From: an uncultured Candidatus Rokubacteria bacterium
GTDB lineage: Bacteria; Methylomirabilota; Methylomirabilia; Rokubacteriales; CSP1-6
DNA length: 64,000 nt
Assembly (NCBI GenBank): GCA_963762145.1
Contig: CAVXJS010000014.1
Coordinates: forward strand, 576,001-640,000
Direction of reading: 5' to 3'
Shown here: one piece after another, positions 20,111 to 30,514 of the stretch
Position numbering within the stretch: position 1 is the stretch's first letter
Layout of the letters: each line of letters begins with the position of its first letter
Position numbers and translations under genes: made by a program
Notes under the pieces: generated by a model
The model's input: the letters and a program-made list of their open reading frames with translations, nothing else
The model's database searches: none
What the model was told of the DNA's origin: nothing

Positions 20111-20928
20111 CAGGAGATCCTCCGTGTGAGCCCCACCACCCGGTCCATGATCACCACGAGCAGGGCGGTGGAGAAGATGAGCACGCCGGACACCGCGGCG
20201 GTGCGGACGTCGAGCGTGGACTCCAGCATGCTCCACATCCGGATCGGCAGCACGTCGGTCTCGGGGCCCGCCAGGAACAGGGAGACCGACACGTTGTCGA
20301 GCGAGGCCATGAAGGCGATGAAGGCCCCGGCCAGGATGCCCGGCCGGATGACGGGCAGGGTCACGCGCCGGAAGGTGTAGAAGGCGCCCGCCCCGAGGCT
20401 CGCCGAGGTGTCGAGCAGCCCGCGGTCGAGCTGCGAGAGGCTGGCGATCGTGGTGCGGAGGATGAAGGGCACGATCACCGCCACGTGGCCCACGATCATC
20501 AGGGGAATCGAGAGTGGCAGCCCGAGCGTGCTGAAGAACATGAGCGCGGCGAGCCCGAAGGCCAGGGTGGGCAGGATGAGGGGCGACATGAAGATGGCGT
20601 CGAGCGCCTGGGCCCACCACGAGCGCCGTCCCGCGATGGCCAGCGCGGCCGCGGTCCCGAGCACGACCGCGACGGTGGTCGACCAGAACGCCACCAGCAG
20701 GCTGTTCCAGGCCGCCATGTGGATCTGCTCGGACTGGATGGCGTCGAAGAGGCTCCGGTACCAGCGCAGCGAGAGCGCGGGCGGCGGGAAGCGCAGGGAG
20801 CGCGAGTCGGTGAACGAGGTGATCAGCACCACGAGCACCGGGGTGATCAGGATCAGCAGCGCGATCCCGCTCAGCAGGCCCAGCACGAGCCGGTAGGAGA
20901 TGTCGCCGCCGCTCGATCGCCGCGCCAT
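20110..20928 (-). CDS. ABC transporter permease (PotC-like)
   Basis: FPPPALSLRWY; EAA loop (SASLGAG...FRRVTLPVIRPG). Confidence 0.9.
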   Translation of the reverse strand: MARRSSGGDISYRLVLGLLSGIALLILITPVLVVLITSFTDSRSLRFPPPALSLRWYRSLFDAIQSEQIHMAAWNSLLVAFWSTTVAVVLGTAAALAIAGRRSWWAQALDAIFMSPLILPTLAFGLAALMFFSTLGLPLSIPLMIVGHVAVIVPFILRTTIASLSQLDRGLLDTSASLGAGAFYTFRRVTLPVIRPGILAGAFIAFMASLDNVSVSLFLAGPETDVLPIRMWSMLESTLDVRTAAVSGVLIFSTALLVVIMDRVVGLTRRIS

Positions 20929-20932
20929 CGCG

Positions 20933-21793
20933 CTAGCCGTTCGCGAGGGCGCGGCTGCGCCGGCCGAGCGCGTTCAGCGTGGTCACCACCGCGAGGACCG
21001 ACACGAGGAGGATCATCGAGATGGTCGCGGCGAACGGCCAGTTGAAGAGGGTGGTGGCCTGCTGCCAGATGTAGAACGGCATCAGCACCATGCGGCCGCC
21101 GCCGATGATGGTCTGCGACACGAAGGCGGTGACCGAGCTGGCGAAGACGAGCAGGCAGCCCGCCAGTAGCCCGGGCAGCGAGAGCGGCAGGGTCACGCGG
21201 AAGAGGGTGCGCCAGCGCCCGGCCCCGAGGGCGGCGGAGGCGTCCTTCAGGTTCGGGTCGAGGCGCGACATCACGCTGATCAGCGGCAGCAGCATGAGCG
21301 GCATCTCGATCTGGGAGAGGGCCACCACCAGGCCCATCTCGGTGTGGAGCAGGCGCAGGGGGACGGTCACCAGCCCCAGGCCCATCAGGGCGTTGTTGAT
21401 GAGTCCCTCGCGTCCGAGGATGACGATCCAGGCGAAGGTGCGCACCACCACGCTGGTGAGCAGGGGCAGCACGATGATGAAGAGCAGGATGGGCTGCAGG
21501 CGCCGCGGCGCCTCCATGAACAGCAGCCCGAGCGGCACCCCGATGCAGGCGGTGAGCGCCACCGTCTTGACCCCGAGGAGCAGGGTCTGGCCCAGCACGC
21601 TCCAGTTGAACGAGTCGCCCGCGAACTTGGCGTACTGGACCAGGCCCCAGCCCTCGAACTGCGGCGTCACCCGCAGGCTGATGCCCGCGAGAAGCGCCAG
21701 CGGCGCGAAGAAGAAGAACAGGAAGAAGCACGCGAGGGGCAGGGCGAGCCACCCCTCGCGCGCGCGGGGCGCGGCGGCGCGCGGCTCGGCTAT
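20933..21793 (-). CDS. ABC transporter permease (PotB-like), probable ATA start
   Basis: LPLLTSVVVRTFAWIVILGREG; DASAALGA EAA loop; no ATG/GTG before the first TM helix; ATA at 21793 lies 8 nt after AAGGAG. Confidence 0.8.
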   Translation of the reverse strand: MAEPRAAAPRAREGWLALPLACFFLFFFFAPLALLAGISLRVTPQFEGWGLVQYAKFAGDSFNWSVLGQTLLLGVKTVALTACIGVPLGLLFMEAPRRLQPILLFIIVLPLLTSVVVRTFAWIVILGREGLINNALMGLGLVTVPLRLLHTEMGLVVALSQIEMPLMLLPLISVMSRLDPNLKDASAALGAGRWRTLFRVTLPLSLPGLLAGCLLVFASSVTAFVSQTIIGGGRMVLMPFYIWQQATTLFNWPFAATISMILLVSVLAVVTTLNALGRRSRALANG

Positions 21794-22833
21794 TGCCGGA
21801 TCTCCTTGTTGAAGCGCTCGATCCAGCCCGCCCGCTTGGGATTGATCTGCCGCCAGTCGTGGTGGACGAAGCTCGCCAGCTCGGCGTGCGACTTGACGAT
21901 GTCGGCCGGGAAGTCGGGCTGGAGCGACACGTTCTTGTTCACCGAGAGAAGGCCGTAGGGCGGCTTCTGGAGCGCGGTCTGCACCTCGGTGCTCAGCACG
22001 GTGTCGATGAACCGGTAGGCGTTCTCCTTGTTGGTCGCGTTCTTGACCACGTGCAGCGTGGTGTAGAAGGCGATCGGCCCGGTCTCGGGCTTCACGAACT
22101 CGATGTCCACCCCGCGCCCCTTGAGGGTCGAGACGGTCTGATAGTTCGTGTAGGTCACGTCCATCTGTCCCTGCTGGAAGAGCGTGTTGACCGCCACCGG
22201 GTTCTGGGCGATCACCGCCACGTGAGGCAGCCACTTCTTGAGCTGCTCGAACGCGGGGTCCACGTTGGTGAGCGAGCCGCCGTAGAGCTTGGAGATCTCG
22301 ATCAGCGACGAGGTGCCGAAGGTGGTGCCGAAGCCCGAGATGCCGACCTTGCCGTTGTACTTGGGCTCGAAGAGATCCTTCCAGCCCTTGGGTCGGTCCA
22401 CCTTCTTGGGGTTGTAGGCGATGCCCACGATCTGCGCGGCCACCGACACGCCCCACTCGTCGTAGAACGTCTTCTCGAGATGCACGATGTTCTTGCACCG
22501 GGCCGGCTCGAACTTCTCGATGAGGCCGTCCTCGGCCGCGACCACCACCGGGCCCGGGTCGAGCATGAACACGTCGAGCGGCGGCGTGTTGCGCGAGGCC
22601 TTCACCTTCGCGACCTGGTCGAGCGACAGCAGCGGGGTCAGGACCGTGTCGACGTCCGCGCCCTTCTTGAGCGCGGGCAGCACCACCGCGCGGTAGGCTT
22701 CCTCCCACGGACCCGGGTAGGCGGGCGCCACGACGCGGCCGGCCGCGGCCGCGAAGCGGGGAAGCATCGTGGTGGTGGCGAGGACCGCGCCGCCGGCGAG
22801 CAGCGCGCGGCGCGTGATGACGGGGGTGGGCAT
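21790..22833 (-). CDS. ABC transporter substrate-binding protein (PotD/family 6-8 like), Tat signal
   Basis: TRRALL signal; GIAYN...PKGWKDLF...YNGKVG motif. Confidence 0.88.
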   Translation of the reverse strand: MPTPVITRRALLAGGAVLATTTMLPRFAAAAGRVVAPAYPGPWEEAYRAVVLPALKKGADVDTVLTPLLSLDQVAKVKASRNTPPLDVFMLDPGPVVVAAEDGLIEKFEPARCKNIVHLEKTFYDEWGVSVAAQIVGIAYNPKKVDRPKGWKDLFEPKYNGKVGISGFGTTFGTSSLIEISKLYGGSLTNVDPAFEQLKKWLPHVAVIAQNPVAVNTLFQQGQMDVTYTNYQTVSTLKGRGVDIEFVKPETGPIAFYTTLHVVKNATNKENAYRFIDTVLSTEVQTALQKPPYGLLSVNKNVSLQPDFPADIVKSHAELASFVHHDWRQINPKRAGWIERFNKEIRQ

Positions 22834-22845
22834 GGGGTGGCCTCC

Positions 22846-23979
22846 TCAGGCGGTGGCCGGCTCGGCAGCCGGCGCGGGGAATAAGGACACGGCGGACGGC
22901 GTGACGATACCGCAGTAGACCGCGGCGCCCGGCTCGCCCGGCGGCGTCAGACTCTCGCGCGGCTCGGTGACCTTGAGCGACTCGCCGGTGCGGGTGACCA
23001 CCTCGCTCACGGTCTGCGCGCCGACCGGCATGCGGATGCGCACCTCGACCGGCCAGCGCCCGGGCCCGGGTGTGGGGTACAGGCGCAGGTTCTCGGGCCT
23101 CGCGGAGACGACGATGCGCTTGCTCCCGATCTCTCCGGGCACGTCGACGGTCACGCCCGCGTCGAGCGCCACCACGCACATCCCGCTCTCCCGGGCGACG
23201 ATCTCGCCCGCGAGCAGGTTAGCGGTGCCCACGAAGCTGTTGACGAAGAGCGTGCGCGGCCGGTCGTAGACCTCGACCGGGCTCGCGAACTGCTCCACCC
23301 GCCCGCGGTGCATCACCGCGATGCGGTCGGCCAGGCTCATCGCCTCCTCCTGATCGTGGGTGACCAGGATCGCGGTGATGCCGAATTGCCGCTGCAGCCG
23401 CTTGACCTCGATCTGCATGTCGAGCCGCAGGTTCTTGTCGAGCGCGCCGAAGGGCTCGTCGAGCAGCAGGATGCGCGGCTCCACCGCGAGGGCGCGGGCG
23501 AGCGCGACGCGCTGCTGCTGGCCGCCCGAGAGCTGGCGGGGCATGCGCTCGGCGAGCGCCTCGAGCTGGACGGTGGCGAGCATGCGCGCGACCCGCTCGC
23601 GGATCCGCTCGCGCGGGGCGTGGCGGGCGCGCAGCCCGTAGGCCACGTTCTCGTATACCGTCATGTGCGGAAACAGCGCGTAGTTCTGGAACACCACGCC
23701 GATGTCGCGGCGGCTCGCGGGCAGGTGATCGATGGAGCGGCCGTCCACCCGGACGCGGCCCGCGGTGGGCACGATGAAGCCGCCGATGATCCGGAGCAGG
23801 GTGGTCTTGCCGCAGCCGCTCGGCCCCAGCAGGGCGACCAGCTCGCCCGCCTCGACGGGCAGGCTGACGTCGTCCACCGCGGTGGTCGCGCCGAAGCGGT
23901 GGGTGATCGACTCGAGCTGGACGCTGTGGCCCGCTCGGCGGGCCTCGGCCTCGGTGATCACGGCGGTGGGATCAGCCAC
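22846..23979 (-). CDS. ABC transporter ATP-binding protein (PotA-like)
   Basis: GPSGCGKT, FQNYALFPH, LSGGQQQR and LLLDEP motifs; TOBE-like C-terminus. Confidence 0.95.
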   Translation of the reverse strand: MADPTAVITEAEARRAGHSVQLESITHRFGATTAVDDVSLPVEAGELVALLGPSGCGKTTLLRIIGGFIVPTAGRVRVDGRSIDHLPASRRDIGVVFQNYALFPHMTVYENVAYGLRARHAPRERIRERVARMLATVQLEALAERMPRQLSGGQQQRVALARALAVEPRILLLDEPFGALDKNLRLDMQIEVKRLQRQFGITAILVTHDQEEAMSLADRIAVMHRGRVEQFASPVEVYDRPRTLFVNSFVGTANLLAGEIVARESGMCVVALDAGVTVDVPGEIGSKRIVVSARPENLRLYPTPGPGRWPVEVRIRMPVGAQTVSEVVTRTGESLKVTEPRESLTPPGEPGAAVYCGIVTPSAVSLFPAPAAEPATA

Positions 23980-24111
23980 GTACGCGCATCCGTAACGTCA
24001 CGTATCGAGCGTTGACGATGATGGCGCGCATCCTACCACACGCGTGGCGTCCGGGTTATGCTGCGTGCGGCGTCGATCCGCGGCGCCGATCCAGGCCAGG
24101 AGGTCACCCGC

Positions 24112-25231
24112 ATGAGCACCGGCCCGCTCCGTCCCACCACGCTCGAGATCGATCTCGACGCCGCCGCCGCGAACCTGCGCGCGGTGCGAGGCCTCGTGGG
24201 CCCGTCGCGGAAGATCTTCGCGGTCGTGAAGGCCGATGGCTACGGCTACGGCGCGGCCGAGATGGGGGCGGTGTTCGCCCGGAACGGCGCCGACTACCTC
24301 GCGGTGGCCGACGTGACCGAGGGCATCCGGCTGCGCGGGCGCGGGATCGCCGCGCCGATCCTCGTCTATCCGAACTCGCTGCCCGACGCCGCGGGCGAGA
24401 CGCTCGCCCACGGTCTCATCCCGACCCTGGTCGATCTCGACGCCGCGCGGGCCTACGCCGAAGCCGCCGGCGGCCCGTGCCGAGGTGTTCGTCAAGGTGG
24501 ACGTCGGCCTCGAGCGTCTCGGGGTGCCCGCGGAGCAGGCGGTGAAGATGGTGCTCGCGATGCTCGAGCTGCGCCACCTCCGCCTGGGCGGGCTGTGCGC
24601 CCATCCCCACGCCGAGGTCGGCGGCGATCCGGCGTACGCCGACTGGCAGCTCGGCCGGTTCACCGGCGTGGTGGACGAGCTGGAGGCGCGCGGGGTGCGC
24701 GTCCCGGTGCGGCTCCTCGCCGCGAGCCCGTTCGTGCTGCGCTTCCCGCACACGTATCTGAACGCGGTGGATCCCGGCCGCATGCTCTACGGGATCACGT
24801 TCCCGGGGGAGACGCCGCCGGTCCCGCTCCGTCCCGCGCTGCGCGCCCTCACCACCCGCGTCATCGCGCTCAAGGAGCTGGCCCCGCGCGAGCGCTTCGC
24901 CGAGCAGGCGCCCTTCCCGGTGTCGGCGCCGCTGCGGCTGGGCGTGATCCCGATGGGATCGGCCGACGGCCTGCGCTGGCTCCACGCCGGACGCGTCCTC
25001 GTCCGCGGCCGGGCGGTGCCGCTGATCGGCTCGCCCTCGCTCGAGCACACCCGCATCGACCTGACCGCCGTCCCCGACGCCGCGGTGGGCGACGAGGTCG
25101 TGATCATCGGCCGCCAGGGTGGCAGCGAGATCACGCCGGCCGAGGTCGCCGCGCAGCACGGCCTCGGCCTGCACCACATCGCGACGACGGTCGGCCCTCG
25201 GGTCGCCCGCGTCTATCGTTCGGGAGGGTGA
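24112..25231 (+). CDS. Alanine racemase-like PLP enzyme, divergent active site, 1-nt frameshift near 24482
   Basis: AVVKADGYGYG PLP lysine motif. After the frameshift: VKVDVGLERLG, DPGRMLYG, IPMGSADG and GDEVVIIG. AGGAGG RBS. Confidence 0.8.
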
Positions 25232-25233
25232 CC

Positions 25234-26277
25234 ATGCGCTACCGTCCATTCGGCCGCACCGGGTTGAAGGTCTCCGTGGTGGGCTTCGGCTGCTGGCCGA
25301 TGGCCGGCGATCGCTACGGCGCGATCGAGGACGGGGAGGCGGTGAAGGCCATCCACCGCGCGCTCGACCGCGGGGTGAACTGCGTGGACACCGCGCCCGC
25401 CTACGGCGCCGGGCATTCGGAGGAAGTCGTCGCCCGCGCCCTGGAGAAGCACCGCAAGGACGTCATCCTCGTCACCAAGTGCGGCGTGAAGGTGCCGCCC
25501 GCCGGGCAGCCGGGGCCGCTGCGGGATTCGAGCCGGGCCAACATCTTCCGCGAGGTCGACGAGAGCCTGAAGCGGCTGCGCACCGACTGGGTGGACGTCC
25601 TGCTGGTGCACTGGCCGGACCCATCCACTCCGTTCGAGGAGAGCATGCGCGCGCTCGAGGAGGTGGTCGCCTCCGGCCGCGCCCGCTTCGTGGGCGTCTC
25701 CAACTTCACCGGCGCCATGCTCGGCGAGTGCATGCGCACCCGGCGCGTGGACGTCTCCCAGGTGGGCTATCACATGCTCGACCGGCGCCAGGAGCAGGAG
25801 ACGTTCCCGTACTGCGTGGAGCACGGCATCGGGGTGATGGGCTACGGCTCGCTCGGCCACGGCCTGCTCACCGGCGCGTTCACCGCGACCACCACGTTCG
25901 AGGCCGGGCGCGACTGGCGCGCGGGCGGCGTGGCGTTCGGGCAGCCGATCTTCCGCGGCGACAATCTCAAGACCAACGTCGGGGTGGTGGAGCGGCTGCG
26001 CCGCGAGGTGGCCGAGCCACGCGGGGTGCCGCTGAGCCAGATCGCGCTCGCGTGGGTGCTGGCGAATCCCGCGATCAGCACCGCGCTCGTGGGGGCCCGC
26101 ACTCCGGCCGAGGTGGACGCCAACGACGCGGGCGCGGAGCTGGAGCTGACGGCGGCGGAGCGGGCGACGATCGACGGGATCCTGGGCGGCGTGGCGGGCC
26201 GCGTGCGGGAGTTCACTCCGCTGCGGCCCGCCATGGAGCCCTGGGGCGAGGAGCTCCCGGCCGGGCAGTCCGTCTGA
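25234..26277 (+). CDS. Aldo/keto reductase
   Basis: TGLKVSVVGFG, DTAPAYG, ILVTK, LLVHWPD, GVSNF and QIALAW motifs. Confidence 0.92.
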   Translation: MRYRPFGRTGLKVSVVGFGCWPMAGDRYGAIEDGEAVKAIHRALDRGVNCVDTAPAYGAGHSEEVVARALEKHRKDVILVTKCGVKVPPAGQPGPLRDSSRANIFREVDESLKRLRTDWVDVLLVHWPDPSTPFEESMRALEEVVASGRARFVGVSNFTGAMLGECMRTRRVDVSQVGYHMLDRRQEQETFPYCVEHGIGVMGYGSLGHGLLTGAFTATTTFEAGRDWRAGGVAFGQPIFRGDNLKTNVGVVERLRREVAEPRGVPLSQIALAWVLANPAISTALVGARTPAEVDANDAGAELELTAAERATIDGILGGVAGRVREFTPLRPAMEPWGEELPAGQSV

Positions 26278-26311
26278 GGAGCTCCGGAGCCGAGCCACCG
26301 GCCTGCCCGGC

Positions 26312-27925
26312 ATGACCACCCCCGCACCCGATCTCCCGCCGATCTCGGCCGGTCGGAAGTGGGCCATCACCCTCACGGTGATGGTGGTGGCCTTCATGCA
26401 GATCCTGGACACGAGCGTGACCAACGTCGTGCTCCCGCATCTTCAAGGATCGCTGTCGGCGGGGCTCGACGAGGTCTCGTGGGTGATCACCTCGTATCTG
26501 GCCGCCAACGCGGTGGTCATCCCGGCCACGGGGTGGCTCGTCAGCGTGTTCGGGCGCAAGCGGTTCTTCCTGATCTGCTGCACCCTGTTCACGATCAGCT
26601 CGTTCATCTCCGGGGCCGCGCCCGACCTGCCCACGCTGATCGCGGCCCGGATCTTCCAGGGGCTCGGCGGCGGGCCGATCATCCCGCTCTCGCAGGCCAT
26701 TCTCTGGGAGATCTTCCCCTTCCATCAGCGCGGGATGGCGATGGCGGTGTGGGGGGTCGGCTTCATCCTCGGCCCGATCCTGGGGCCGACCGTCGGCGGG
26801 TATCTGGCCGACGAGTGGTCGTGGCGCTGGATCTTCTACATCAACCTGCCGGTCGGCATCGTCGGCTTCTTCCTGGCCACCGCCTGCCTGTTCGACTCGC
26901 CGTTTCAAAAGAAGCGCGGGCGGATCGACGCGTGGGGCCTGGGGCTGATGGTCGTGGGCTTCGGGTGCCTCCAGCTCGTCCTGGATCGAGGGGAGCGTGA
27001 GGAGTGGTTCGACTCGACGGCGATCCTCGCGATGGCGGTCGTCGCGGTCTGCGCGCTGGCGGGCTTCCTGATTCGAGAGCTGAGGGCCGATGACCCCATC
27101 CTGGACCTGACCGTCTTCACCGACCGCAACTTCGCCATGGGCGCGACGCTGATCTCGGTCATCGGCTTCGGCATGTTCTCGAGCATGCTGCTGGTCGCGG
27201 TCTTCACCCAGAAGCTCCTGAACTACGACGCGTGGACGGCGGGCCTGGTGCTGGCCCCGAGCGGGGTCGGCAACATCCTCTCGCTCTTCGCCTCCGGCAT
27301 CGTCACGCGGGTCGATCAGCGGATGATGCTGGCCTTCGGGTGTCTCCTGAACGCGGTCAGCCTCTACATGATGACGTCGCTCACGCTCGGGATGGACTAC
27401 TGGGCGCTCGCGCTCCCGCGCCTCGTCCAGGGCATCGCGGTCGGCTTCATCTTCGTCCCGCTCTCGACCCTCGCCCTCGCGACGATCCGGCGCGACAAGC
27501 TGGTCAACGCCACCGCCGCCTACGGGATGATGCGGAACGTGGGGGGCAGCGTGGGCATCGCGCTGATGACCACGCTCCTGGCCCAGCGCAGCCAGTTCCA
27601 CCAGTCCACGCTGGTGAGCCACGTCACGGTGTGGGATCCGGAGACGCGCGCCCGGCTGTCGACCTGGGCGGGCTACTTCGCCACCCAGGGCACCGACACC
27701 TTCACCGCCGAGCGCCGGGCGGTGGCCATGCTGTATCGCGAGACGGTGACGCAGGCGCAGCTGCTGGCTTACACGGACACCTTCTGGATGCTGGCGGTGA
27801 TGTTCGCGGCGGCGCCGCTCCTGCTCCCGCTCATGCGCCGCATCCGGCTCTCACCGCCGCCGGCCGAGGAAAAGCGCGAGGGCGCCGCGGACCCGCCCGC
27901 CCGCGACGCCCCCGATCATCTATAA
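26312..27925 (+). CDS. DHA2-family (EmrB/QacA) MFS efflux transporter
   Basis: FMQILDTSVTNV, WVITSY, GPILGPTVGG and WRWIFYINLPVG motifs. Confidence 0.92.
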   Translation: MTTPAPDLPPISAGRKWAITLTVMVVAFMQILDTSVTNVVLPHLQGSLSAGLDEVSWVITSYLAANAVVIPATGWLVSVFGRKRFFLICCTLFTISSFISGAAPDLPTLIAARIFQGLGGGPIIPLSQAILWEIFPFHQRGMAMAVWGVGFILGPILGPTVGGYLADEWSWRWIFYINLPVGIVGFFLATACLFDSPFQKKRGRIDAWGLGLMVVGFGCLQLVLDRGEREEWFDSTAILAMAVVAVCALAGFLIRELRADDPILDLTVFTDRNFAMGATLISVIGFGMFSSMLLVAVFTQKLLNYDAWTAGLVLAPSGVGNILSLFASGIVTRVDQRMMLAFGCLLNAVSLYMMTSLTLGMDYWALALPRLVQGIAVGFIFVPLSTLALATIRRDKLVNATAAYGMMRNVGGSVGIALMTTLLAQRSQFHQSTLVSHVTVWDPETRARLSTWAGYFATQGTDTFTAERRAVAMLYRETVTQAQLLAYTDTFWMLAVMFAAAPLLLPLMRRIRLSPPPAEEKREGAADPPARDAPDHL

Positions 27926-27989
27926 CTAGTCAGGTCTGCGGTACTGCTTTTCTTGTATCCGCTCGGCTCGCCTTCGGCTGCACCTCGCC

Positions 27990-29537
27990 CTACTTGATGG
28001 ACATGTCGTAGGCGCGGATCAGCTCGTCGCTGCGCGCCTTCCACTGCAGCCGCTTGTTGGCCCCGTAGAGGTCGATCTGCTGATAGAGCGGGATCGCGGG
28101 GATCTCCTCGATCCACAGCTTGTTGATCCGGTGGTACTGCGGCGAGGCGCTTCTTCTCGTCCATCTCCGACTGCGCCTGGTCCACCATCCCGTTGAAGTC
28201 CTCGTTGTGCCAGTTCACGAAGATGTTCGGCGGACTTGAAGAGCGGCACGTAGATGGCCTCGGCGTCCATCGTCGGGTGGCCCCAGCCGATCAGCCAGAC
28301 CGGGCCGGCCTTGTGCACGTACACCATGTTGTTCAGGTAGTTGACGAACTCGAAGGTCCGCAGCGTGGTCTTGATCCCGGCCTTGGTGAGCTGGCCCGAG
28401 ACCGCTTCCGCGACCTCCTTGTCCCGCACGTAGCGGCCCTGCGGGCCGTTCAGGACGATCTCGAGGCCGTTGGGGAAGCCGGCCTCGGCCAGCAGCTTCT
28501 TGCTGCGGGCCAGGTCCTGCTTGACCGGCTTGAGCGAGGCGTCGTAGCCGAAGTGCAGGCTCGGCAGCATGGTCGCCACCCGCACCGCCTTGCCGTCCAT
28601 CACGCCCTTGATGATCTCGTCGGCGTCGATGGCGGCGGACAGCGCCTGGCGGACGCGCTTGTCCGCGGTGGGCCCCGCGTAGGGGCCGGTGGGCTTGTGG
28701 GCCGCGTCCATCTGGTGGGTGTAGATCATGAGCTGGATCGTGCGGATGGAGGGCGCGGTGCTGAGGTAGATCTTCGGGTGCTTCTCGATGATCCCGCCCA
28801 GGTGGGGCGGAATATTCGACCGCCACGTCGATCTCGCCGTTCTGCAGCGCGGCCACCCGCACCGCGTCGTCGGGGATCGGCTTGAAGACGACCGTCTTGA
28901 TCTTCGCCGCGCCGCCCCAGTAGCCCGGGAAGGCCTCCATCACGATCTCTTCGTCCTTGGACCAGCGGACGAACTTGTACGGCCCGGTCCCGATGGGGGC
29001 CCGGGAGATCGCGGCCGCGTCCTTGCCCGCGTACTCCTTGGGCGGGTACATCGCGGCCTGACGCAGGGCGATGTGGCTCAGGAACACCGGCCAGGGCTTC
29101 TTGGTGTGGATCCGCACCGTGTAGGCGTCCACGATCTCCACCCGGTCGATCGGGGCGAACGACGAGGAGCCGCGCAGCTTGTTGGCCGGGTTGGCCAGAC
29201 GCTCGATGCTGAACTTGACCGACTCGGCGGTGAAGTCCTCGCCGTTGTGGAACTTGACGCCGCGCCGCAGCTTGAACTCCCACGTGGTCGGCGCCACCAG
29301 CTTCGGCATCTCGGCCGCGAGCGCGGGGACCAGCTTGAGGGCCTGGTCGCGCTCGAGCAGCGACTCGAACATCTGCGCGCCCACGTTCGACGCGGGCTGC
29401 TCCTGCTGGTTCATCATGTCGAGCGTGGTGGGGTCCACGCCCTGCGCGATCACGACCCGGCCCTCGGGGGCCGCTCCCGCAGTCAGAGGGACCAGGACGA
29501 GAGAGAGGACGACAACCGCCGTGCGCCAATGGCCCAT
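27990..29537 (-). CDS. ABC substrate-binding protein, family 5, with three 1-nt frameshifts (~28817, ~28230, ~28142)
   Basis: FHNGEDFTAESVKFS and PIGTGPYKF motifs; continues ADKRVRQAL and LAEAGFPNG, then IPLYQQIDLYG...AYDMSIK* in successive frames. Confidence 0.82.
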
Positions 29538-29613
29538 ATTCTCGGCTCCTTGGAGGGGGAGATTCCTGTCGAGTTGCGCTACTCTATGGGCCATCGCCGG
29601 AGGAGTCAAGTTT

Positions 29614-29640
29614 GGGGTCAGGTCTTGAAATACGACATTT
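29614..29640. repeat. Single arm of family A repeat
   Basis: GGGGTCAGGTCTTGAAATACGACATT is identical to the left arm at 32380. Confidence 0.85.
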
Positions 29641-29655
29641 CGGACGGAGGATTCG

Positions 29656-30501
29656 ATGCCCAAGGTGCTGACGGAAGCCCAGATCCAGGCTTTTGATCGG
29701 GACGGCTGCCTCTCCCCGGTGCGGGTGATGAGCGCCGAGCGCGCCCGCCGCTACCGGGAGCGCTTCGAGGCCCTCGAGGCGCGCGTCCCCGACATCAAGA
29801 AGATGAAGACCAAGTCGCACCTGCTGTGCCCGTGGGTGCTGGAGATCGCTGAGGACCCCCACATCCTGGACATCTTCGAGGATCTGATCGGGCCGAACAT
29901 CCGCTGCTGGAGCATGGCCTGGCGGGTGAAGAAGGCCGACAACCAGACCTTCGCGGGCTGGCACCAGGATTCCGCCTACGGCGCCGCGCTCCCGGTGGTC
30001 CTGGGGGGGCTGGCCCTGTCCGAGTGCGGCGTGCGCCAGGGGTGCCTGCGCGGCATCCCCGGCTCGCACAAGTGGGGCATCCTCAAGCACGACGAGACCG
30101 AGGATCCCCACAGCATCCTCGCCAAGGGGCAGTTCATCATCGACGAGTTCGACGAGTCGAAGGCGGTGGACTTCGCGCTCCAGCCGGGCGAGATGGTGCT
30201 CTTCGACAACAGCCTGGTGCACGGCTCCGGAACGAACGCGGGCCCCGACCGACGCTTCCTCCTCCTGGTCGAGATGTTCCCGACCTGGGCCAAGCCGCCC
30301 CGCCTGCGCCAGGCCGGCATGCTGCTGCGCGGCGTCGACACCACCGGCAACTTCGACGACGAGCCGCGGCCCGACGCCGAGTGGTCCGACACCGCGGTGG
30401 CCAACTGGGCGGCGGTGGTGAACCGGCGCGCCCGGCTGATCTTCGAGGACGGCAAGGTGACGGCGAGCGAGGCCTACGGGGGAACGCGACCCGCGACGTA
30501 G
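29656..30501 (+). CDS. Phytanoyl-CoA dioxygenase (PhyH) family 2OG/Fe(II) oxygenase
   Basis: WHQD, IPGSH and LVHGSGTN...RR motifs; GGAGG RBS. Confidence 0.88.
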   Translation: MPKVLTEAQIQAFDRDGCLSPVRVMSAERARRYRERFEALEARVPDIKKMKTKSHLLCPWVLEIAEDPHILDIFEDLIGPNIRCWSMAWRVKKADNQTFAGWHQDSAYGAALPVVLGGLALSECGVRQGCLRGIPGSHKWGILKHDETEDPHSILAKGQFIIDEFDESKAVDFALQPGEMVLFDNSLVHGSGTNAGPDRRFLLLVEMFPTWAKPPRLRQAGMLLRGVDTTGNFDDEPRPDAEWSDTAVANWAAVVNRRARLIFEDGKVTASEAYGGTRPAT

Positions 30502-30514
30502 TGGTCCGCGGCTG

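Noticed and set aside
24058-26277. 739-aa racemase/aldo-keto reductase fusion
   Set aside because: The middle part is off-frame nonsense from the indel near 24482; the AKR has its own RBS and ATG at 25234
27926-27989. AT-richer intergenic stretch containing GTCAGGTCT (partial family A arm)
   Set aside because: Only 9 bp match and no partner arm; could be chance or a decayed remnant
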